DNA from: an uncultured Christensenellaceae bacterium
GTDB taxonomy: Bacteria; Bacillota; Clostridia; Christensenellales; DTU072
Direction of reading: 5' to 3'
Assembly (NCBI GenBank): GCA_964480195.1
Contig: CAYZOJ010000004.1
Span: 1-53,151 of the forward strand
DNA: 53,151 nucleotides
Positions 48,410 to 53,151 of this stretch are shown one piece after another. Made by a program: the position numbers and the translations under genes. Each line of letters starts with the position of its first letter. The stretch's first letter is position 1. The notes beneath the pieces were generated by a model. The model was not told the DNA's origin and ran no database searches. It saw only the letters and a list, made by a program, of their open reading frames with translations.

Positions 48410-49453
48410 TTACTTTACTATTATTAAATGTTTAGGGGATTTTGTCAAGTTATCCACCCTATTTTTTCTAAAAACTACGATATCTTCTATGCGAACACCG
48501 AATTTTCCCTCGATATACGCTCCGGGTTCCACGCTTGTGACGGCGCCGACGGGTATTTTTACTTCGCTACGAGGGCTCAAATTAGGTGCCTCGTGAATAT
48601 CGACACCTAAGGAATGTCCGAGCGAATGCGTGAAATATTTGCCGTAACCGCGTTCTTCGAGGACGTTACGGGCGATAGCGTCGCCGTCTTTTCCGATTAT
48701 TCCCGCGTGTAATTCGTTTATAGCACGAGTTTGAGCTTCGAGAACGGCATTATAAAGGTCTATGTATTCGTCAGAGGCGGAACCTACGGCGAAGCTACGC
48801 GTCATATCCGAACAATATCCCGCATATTTTGCGCCGAAATCTACTGTCACGCAGTCGTTTTCTTGAAGAACGTTGTTCGACGGATGTGCGTGTGGTCTTG
48901 AAGTGTTTTTGCCGAATGCGACGATGGTATCGAATGCCAGAGTGCAACCCGACGCATATATTTCCGCATTCATAAAGGATGCGACTTCGAGTTCGGTCAT
49001 TCCGGGTTTGATATGGGCAAGGAGCTTTTCAAAAACCATATCGGTAACGGCTTGCGCTTTTTTAATCGTTTCGACCTCGTGTTTGCTCTTAACCGAGCGC
49101 GCTTTTAGAATAATGCTTTCGGCTTTTTTTAGTTTGAACTTGTATTCTCCTTTGCGCAGATTGTCATAATCCTTATGGAGAATATGGTTTTCCTCGTATC
49201 CGAGCGACACCACTCCGAGATCTTTTGCGATGTTTTTGGCAGTTTCGAGATAGCTTAGCGATCCGCAATCCACGACTTCGAAATCTGTTAAAAGCGCTTT
49301 TGCCTCTTCGATTATACGTTTATCGGAAATGTAATACTTCTTTTCGGCGGTTATTAAAATAACCGCGTCATCGTTGGCGTATTCGGTGTAATAAAATAAA
49401 TTCGACGGCGTTAAAATAACGAGGGCGTCGATTCCTCTTGCTAACTTTTTCAT
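48410..49453 (-). CDS. Xaa-Pro peptidase (M24B, aminopeptidase P family)
   Basis: DFGAKYAGYCSDMTR, HSLGHSLGVDIHE, EPGAY, GVRIED; usual neighbour of efp. Confidence 0.92.
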   Translation of the reverse strand: MKKLARGIDALVILTPSNLFYYTEYANDDAVILITAEKKYYISDKRIIEEAKALLTDFEVVDCGSLSYLETAKNIAKDLGVVSLGYEENHILHKDYDNLRKGEYKFKLKKAESIILKARSVKSKHEVETIKKAQAVTDMVFEKLLAHIKPGMTELEVASFMNAEIYASGCTLAFDTIVAFGKNTSRPHAHPSNNVLQENDCVTVDFGAKYAGYCSDMTRSFAVGSASDEYIDLYNAVLEAQTRAINELHAGIIGKDGDAIARNVLEERGYGKYFTHSLGHSLGVDIHEAPNLSPRSEVKIPVGAVTSVEPGAYIEGKFGVRIEDIVVFRKNRVDNLTKSPKHLIIVK

Positions 49454-49459
49454 ATTTCA

Positions 49460-49488
49460 ATTATAGTAACTGTAAGAGAGATTGTCAA
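49460..49488 (-). promoter_or_regulatory. Consensus sigma-A promoter of the peptidase-efp operon, leaderless geometry
   Basis: Perfect TTGACA-17 nt-TATAAT, 6 nt to ATG, no SD. Confidence 0.85.
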
Positions 49489-49538
49489 TAAAAAAGTTGT
49501 CGCTATTTCCATTAAGAGACTCTATACTAAATCGTAAG

Positions 49539-49565
49539 ACGCAACCGCATAATGTGCGATTGCGT
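49539..49565 (-). terminator. Hairpin after spoVAE, likely terminator
   Basis: Minus strand ACGCAATCGCA-catta-TGCGGTTGCGT (one G-U pair); weak U-tract. Confidence 0.5.
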
Positions 49566-49574
49566 TTATTTGGG

Positions 49575-49940
49575 TTATTTACTTTTAGGCGTAGCTATCA
49601 GCCCTACAATAAAACTGATAAAAATTACTCCCGCAATTCCCGCGCCTACGGCTTCTATACCACCGGTTACCGCACCGAGCAGTCCGTTCTGTAACGTACC
49701 TTGTATAGCGCCTTTTGCGAGATTGCTTCCGAACCCTATTATAGGCACCGTCGCGCCCGCTTTACCGAATTCTTTAATATATTTGTATACGCCGATAGTT
49801 TCGAGAAAAACCCCAAGCAATAAATAAGACACAAGTATTCTTGCCGACGTTACCTTGGTGCAATTTATAAATATCTGACCGATCAGACAGAACGTACCGC
49901 CTACTAAAAACACTTTAAGATAATCCAGAAAATACGTCAT
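49575..49940 (-). CDS. spoVAE: Stage V sporulation protein AE (SpoVAEb-type)
   Basis: FLVGGTFCLIGQ, AGATVPIIGFG. Confidence 0.9.
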   Translation of the reverse strand: MTYFLDYLKVFLVGGTFCLIGQIFINCTKVTSARILVSYLLLGVFLETIGVYKYIKEFGKAGATVPIIGFGSNLAKGAIQGTLQNGLLGAVTGGIEAVGAGIAGVIFISFIVGLIATPKSK

Positions 49941-49945
49941 TTAGT

Positions 49946-50944
49946 TCACTCCCTCACAAAACTTACAGCGTGTGCGATTCCGGGTATGCTTTCACCCTGC
50001 AAAGAACTTGTTTTGGATACCAACGCGCCCGTAGGTATAAGCAAAACTCGTTTAAGTTCGCCCGCTACCATTTTCTTATAGATATAACCGTTGAATACGG
50101 AACTCGAACAAGCGGCACCGCTACCTCCTTGACCTACGTCTTGAGCCATACGATTAAACAGTAATATTCCGCAATCGGAATAATTGCGTCCCAAGTCGAT
50201 ATTTTTATCTTTCATCAACAGAATAAGCAAACGATGCCCCGCTTCCCCGAGATCTCCGGTTGCGATTAAATCGTAATAATCGACATCCCTCCCCGTTCCT
50301 TCCAGATGGGCGAGCAAAGTTTCACGGGCGGCGGGTGCCATTGCAGCTCCCATGTCATTTGCATCCGTAACGCCGTAATCTACAACGCGACCTATCGTCG
50401 CGCAATCTATTCTGACGCAACCTTTTTTGCGATTAAGCATAGTTGCGCCGACCCCCGTGGCGGTCCATTGCGATAACGGAGTGCGCTGATTGCCGAGCTC
50501 CAACGGAAAACGATATTGTCTTTCAGCAGTACAAAAATGACTTGAAGTAGAACATATTATACGGTCGAAATGTTCTGTATCCAGCAAATTGGATCCCATA
50601 ATCAAGCTTTCGGCAAACGTTGCACAAGCGTTGTAAACACCCATATACGGGATGTCGAATTCACGCATTGTAAAATTACAACCGGATATTTCATCAAGCA
50701 AATCTCCGCATATACACAAGTCAACGTCTTTGTCGGATAGTCTATTTTTGTTGAGTAATAGTTTTAACGCAGAAATATGGAGTCGCGTTTCTGCCCTTTC
50801 GTGACTTTTTTGCCCTAAAAGGTCGTCTTTAACGGTTTTATCGAAATATTTGGCAATCGGTCCTTCGGCCTCTTTAGGACCTACAATCGTTGCGGTATCT
50901 TCAATTAAAATCGGATTTTTGAAAAAGATCGTATGGTTTTTCAT
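49946..50944 (-). CDS. spoVAD: Stage V sporulation protein AD
   Basis: VGPKEAEGP, AERQYRFPLELG, QWTATG, MGAAMAPAA, GGSGAAC; start reassigned to ATG 50944 (TAATG overlap). Confidence 0.95.
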   Translation of the reverse strand: MKNHTIFFKNPILIEDTATIVGPKEAEGPIAKYFDKTVKDDLLGQKSHERAETRLHISALKLLLNKNRLSDKDVDLCICGDLLDEISGCNFTMREFDIPYMGVYNACATFAESLIMGSNLLDTEHFDRIICSTSSHFCTAERQYRFPLELGNQRTPLSQWTATGVGATMLNRKKGCVRIDCATIGRVVDYGVTDANDMGAAMAPAARETLLAHLEGTGRDVDYYDLIATGDLGEAGHRLLILLMKDKNIDLGRNYSDCGILLFNRMAQDVGQGGSGAACSSSVFNGYIYKKMVAGELKRVLLIPTGALVSKTSSLQGESIPGIAHAVSFVRE

Positions 50945-51399
50945 TAGATAAACGCTCCTCTGAAAATCAATACGATTATTCCTACGACGATCGAAGAACT
51001 TATTCCGAACACAATTACAGGTCCTGCAACGGTAAACATATTGGCACACAATCCGAGAATTACACCTTCTCTTTTATGCTCTATTGCCGGGGATACGACG
51101 GAATTTGCAAATCCCGTAATCGGTACGATGGAACCTGCGCCCGCATACGCACCGATTTTATCGTAAATCCCGAAACCGGTTAGAATTGCCGTAATCAAAA
51201 TTAAAGTAACTGTCGTCAATGATGCGACGTCGTTTTCAGAAAGTGTTTTGAACAACGCGGAATAAGCATCGTTAATGCCTTGACCGATACAGCAGATAAA
51301 ACCACCTACCCAAAACGCTCTGAACATCGTCAACAAGTGTTTGGATTTAGGCATTTTCTCTTTAACGAGTTTAAGATAGGTATCGTTAGGCTCGTTCAT
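50944..51399 (-). CDS. spoVAC: Stage V sporulation protein AC
   Basis: AFWVGGFICCIGQ, AGAGSIVPITGFANS, AGPVIVFG; SD AGGAGG. Confidence 0.95.
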   Translation of the reverse strand: MNEPNDTYLKLVKEKMPKSKHLLTMFRAFWVGGFICCIGQGINDAYSALFKTLSENDVASLTTVTLILITAILTGFGIYDKIGAYAGAGSIVPITGFANSVVSPAIEHKREGVILGLCANMFTVAGPVIVFGISSSIVVGIIVLIFRGAFI

Positions 51400-51469
51400 C
51401 TTTCTTTGCCTCCTTATCTTTAACGGAAGGCATGTATATTTCGGATTTTTCTTTTCTTACTCTTTTCAC
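51386..51469 (-). CDS. Putative 27-aa charged small protein upstream of spoVAC
   Basis: GTG start after AGAGGTGG; MKRVRKEKSEIYMPSVKDKEAKKDERA; overlaps the spoVAC start. Confidence 0.35.
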   Translation of the reverse strand: MKRVRKEKSEIYMPSVKDKEAKKDERA

Positions 51470-51515
51470 GGAAACCACCTCTAAGTTGATTTTCCGCAAA
51501 ATTGATTTTTTTATA

Positions 51516-52229
51516 CTATGTCAGCGATTCTTTCATTTTTGATAAGATCTTGGCTTCAAGGCGCGAGATTTGTACTTGGCTTACACCGAGCTCTTCGGCA
51601 ACTTCACTTTGCGTTTTATCTCGAAAATATCTTAAAATGATGATTTTCTTCTCTCTTTCGGGCAAATTCGCTATTAAATCTTTAATTAGCGATGTGTCGA
51701 GTGTGTCGTCGAAATCCGTTTTATCCGATATTTTATCGGCAAGCGTCAAGCCCTCTTCCTCGGATTCGGCGTATATGGAAACCGGATATCTCGTGCTGTC
51801 CAAAATAAAAACGAGTTCAGCAGGCTCTAAGCCGAACTTTTCTGCGATATCCTCGATTTTCGGAGATTCTCCGTGTTCACCGCGATATTCGTCAATATAC
51901 TTGTTTACTTCAAGAGCTTTTGCTTTGACGGAGCGCGATACTTTGATAGCACCGTCATCGCGAATAAAGCGTTTGATTTCGCCGGCTATCATCGGCACGG
52001 CGTATGTCGAAAAACGCACCCCGAAGCTGACGTCGAAATTGTTTATGGCTTTTATAAGCCCGAGCGTTCCGAGCTGAACGAGATCGTCATACTCGATTAG
52101 CTTGTTTTTATATCGACGCACAATGCTTTTGATAAGTGGCGTATTTTCCGTTACAAGCACTTCTTTTGCATTCATATCGCCGTTTTGCGCGGCAATTATT
52201 TTTGCGTTTACTTCTTCGGGACTAAGCAT
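51516..52229 (-). CDS. sigF: Forespore RNA polymerase sigma factor F
   Basis: GLIKAINNFD, FSTYAVPMIAGEIKRFIRDDG, QVQISRLE; follows spoIIAB. Confidence 0.93.
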   Translation of the reverse strand: MLSPEEVNAKIIAAQNGDMNAKEVLVTENTPLIKSIVRRYKNKLIEYDDLVQLGTLGLIKAINNFDVSFGVRFSTYAVPMIAGEIKRFIRDDGAIKVSRSVKAKALEVNKYIDEYRGEHGESPKIEDIAEKFGLEPAELVFILDSTRYPVSIYAESEEEGLTLADKISDKTDFDDTLDTSLIKDLIANLPEREKKIIILRYFRDKTQSEVAEELGVSQVQISRLEAKILSKMKESLT

Positions 52230-52648
52230 TATCGATCTAATTTTTTAGTCATTATCACGGTGGTTCCCTCGTTCGGGTATGATTTCACCTCGAGAGTATC
52301 CATAAAACTTTTCATAATGGTGAACCCGAGCCCGCTACGCTCCTCTTCGCCCTTTGTCGTGTAGAAATCGCGCATTGCTTGGTTTACGTCGTCGATTCCG
52401 ACGCCCGAGTCGGATATGCGTAAATCAAGTATGTTGTTTGCAATTTCGGCATAAACTTCAATTATACCGTCGGGATTGTTTTCATATCCGTGTACGATTG
52501 AGTTAGTCACGGCTTCGCTGACTGCGGTTTTGATGTCGGAAATAACATCCAACGCCGGGTTTTGGCGCGCACAATATGCGCCTATAGTGCTCCTTAAAAA
52601 ACTTTCGTTCGATGCAAGAGCATTTACTTTAATGTATAATGTGTCCAT
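52229..52648 (-). CDS. spoIIAB: Anti-sigma F factor
   Basis: NESFLR, KTAVSEAVTNSIVHGY, ERSGLGFTIM. Confidence 0.95.
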   Translation of the reverse strand: MDTLYIKVNALASNESFLRSTIGAYCARQNPALDVISDIKTAVSEAVTNSIVHGYENNPDGIIEVYAEIANNILDLRISDSGVGIDDVNQAMRDFYTTKGEEERSGLGFTIMKSFMDTLEVKSYPNEGTTVIMTKKLDR

Positions 52649-52650
52649 TC

Positions 52651-52959
52651 TTACCTCTGCAATGTGCTGATAATCGTGTATAATCCGCTAACTTTAAGAA
52701 CTTTATCGGCGATTGCCGACGGTTTATAAAAATATACGGGTACGTTGAACGTCTTAAGAAGCTTGTATCTGCCCATAATAAGACCGACGGCGGTGCTATC
52801 CATAAACGATACGTCGCTTAAATCAAAAACAAACCTCTCGTAACCGCCTCTTTTTATCAAATTATCCGTTGCAACTCGGTACGCAGGTGCGTTTGCGTGG
52901 TCGATATCTCCGGATAGTTTTACCGTAAGAGTTCCGCGTTTCAAGTCGTAATCTAACAT
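52651..52959 (-). CDS. spoIIAA: Anti-sigma F factor antagonist (STAS domain)
   Basis: LSGDIDH, FMDST phosphoacceptor serine, GLIMGRYK; SD AGGAGG. Confidence 0.93.
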   Translation of the reverse strand: MLDYDLKRGTLTVKLSGDIDHANAPAYRVATDNLIKRGGYERFVFDLSDVSFMDSTAVGLIMGRYKLLKTFNVPVYFYKPSAIADKVLKVSGLYTIISTLQR

Positions 52960-53073
52960 ATGCCCTCCTTGGTTTCTTAAATAGTATCTTATTCAGCAGG
53001 GCGAATTTTAATGATTTATTAACTATATTGTCTTAAAATGGTATAAGAAAATATTGTTAATACTTGTAATTTG

Positions 53074-53102
53074 TTAACAAGGCGCGCAATATTTGCTATA
53101 AT
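53074..53102 (+). promoter_or_regulatory. Sigma-A promoter firing out of the window, divergent from spoIIA
   Basis: TTAACA-17 nt-TATAAT with extended TG. Confidence 0.7.
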
Positions 53103-53151
53103 ACAAGCGAGAAAACTTGCTCACAAGGGTTTTCGAGCGCCGTACTACAAC

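Noticed and set aside
49575-51399. spoVA operon lacking spoVAA, spoVAB and spoVAF
   Set aside because: The three-gene spoVAC-AD-AE form after sigF is standard in Clostridia.
91-52670. Numerous 60-220 aa ORFs antisense to or out of frame within the main genes
   Set aside because: Shadow ORFs of well-supported conserved genes, with no recognisable motifs or start signals.
1-53151. Mobile elements, prophage, defence systems, CRISPR arrays, tRNA or rRNA genes
   Set aside because: No transposase, integrase, phage or cas ORFs, no spaced direct repeats, and the short intergenic gaps are accounted for by promoters and terminators.

Overview
A densely packed, core-genome window from a spore-forming Firmicute. 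Gene order (miaB-mutS-mutL-miaA-ynbB; sigF followed directly by spoVAC/AD/AE) points to class Clostridia, probably a streamlined lineage (inference). About 47 CDS, all but two on the minus strand, cover mismatch repair, tRNA modification, pheST, the rimP-nusA-infB operon, lspA/rluD, the frr-uppS-cdsA-dxr-rseP-ispG cluster, and the spoIIIA, spoVA and spoIIA operons. I see no mobile element, CRISPR array, rRNA or tRNA. Five things stand out. (1) The polC position holds a 511-aa PolC-derived protein with N-terminal region, OB fold and intact DEDDh exonuclease, but no PHP or polymerase. A beta-clamp-like motif (QGNLF) sits where the PHP should begin, so it may be a stand-alone proofreader. (2) Five sigma-A promoters carry a GCGCGC-centred alternating purine-pyrimidine tract in the -35/-10 spacer. 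(3) Up to seven promoters sit 5-7 nt from a start codon with no SD, implying leaderless mRNAs. (4) Dxr and UppS have substitutions at normally conserved residues, including the equivalent of the E. coli fosmidomycin-resistance allele S222T. (5) hfq, the pheS T-box and ylmG/ylmH/divIVA are missing from their usual loci. All calls come from motif recognition by eye; no database search was run.
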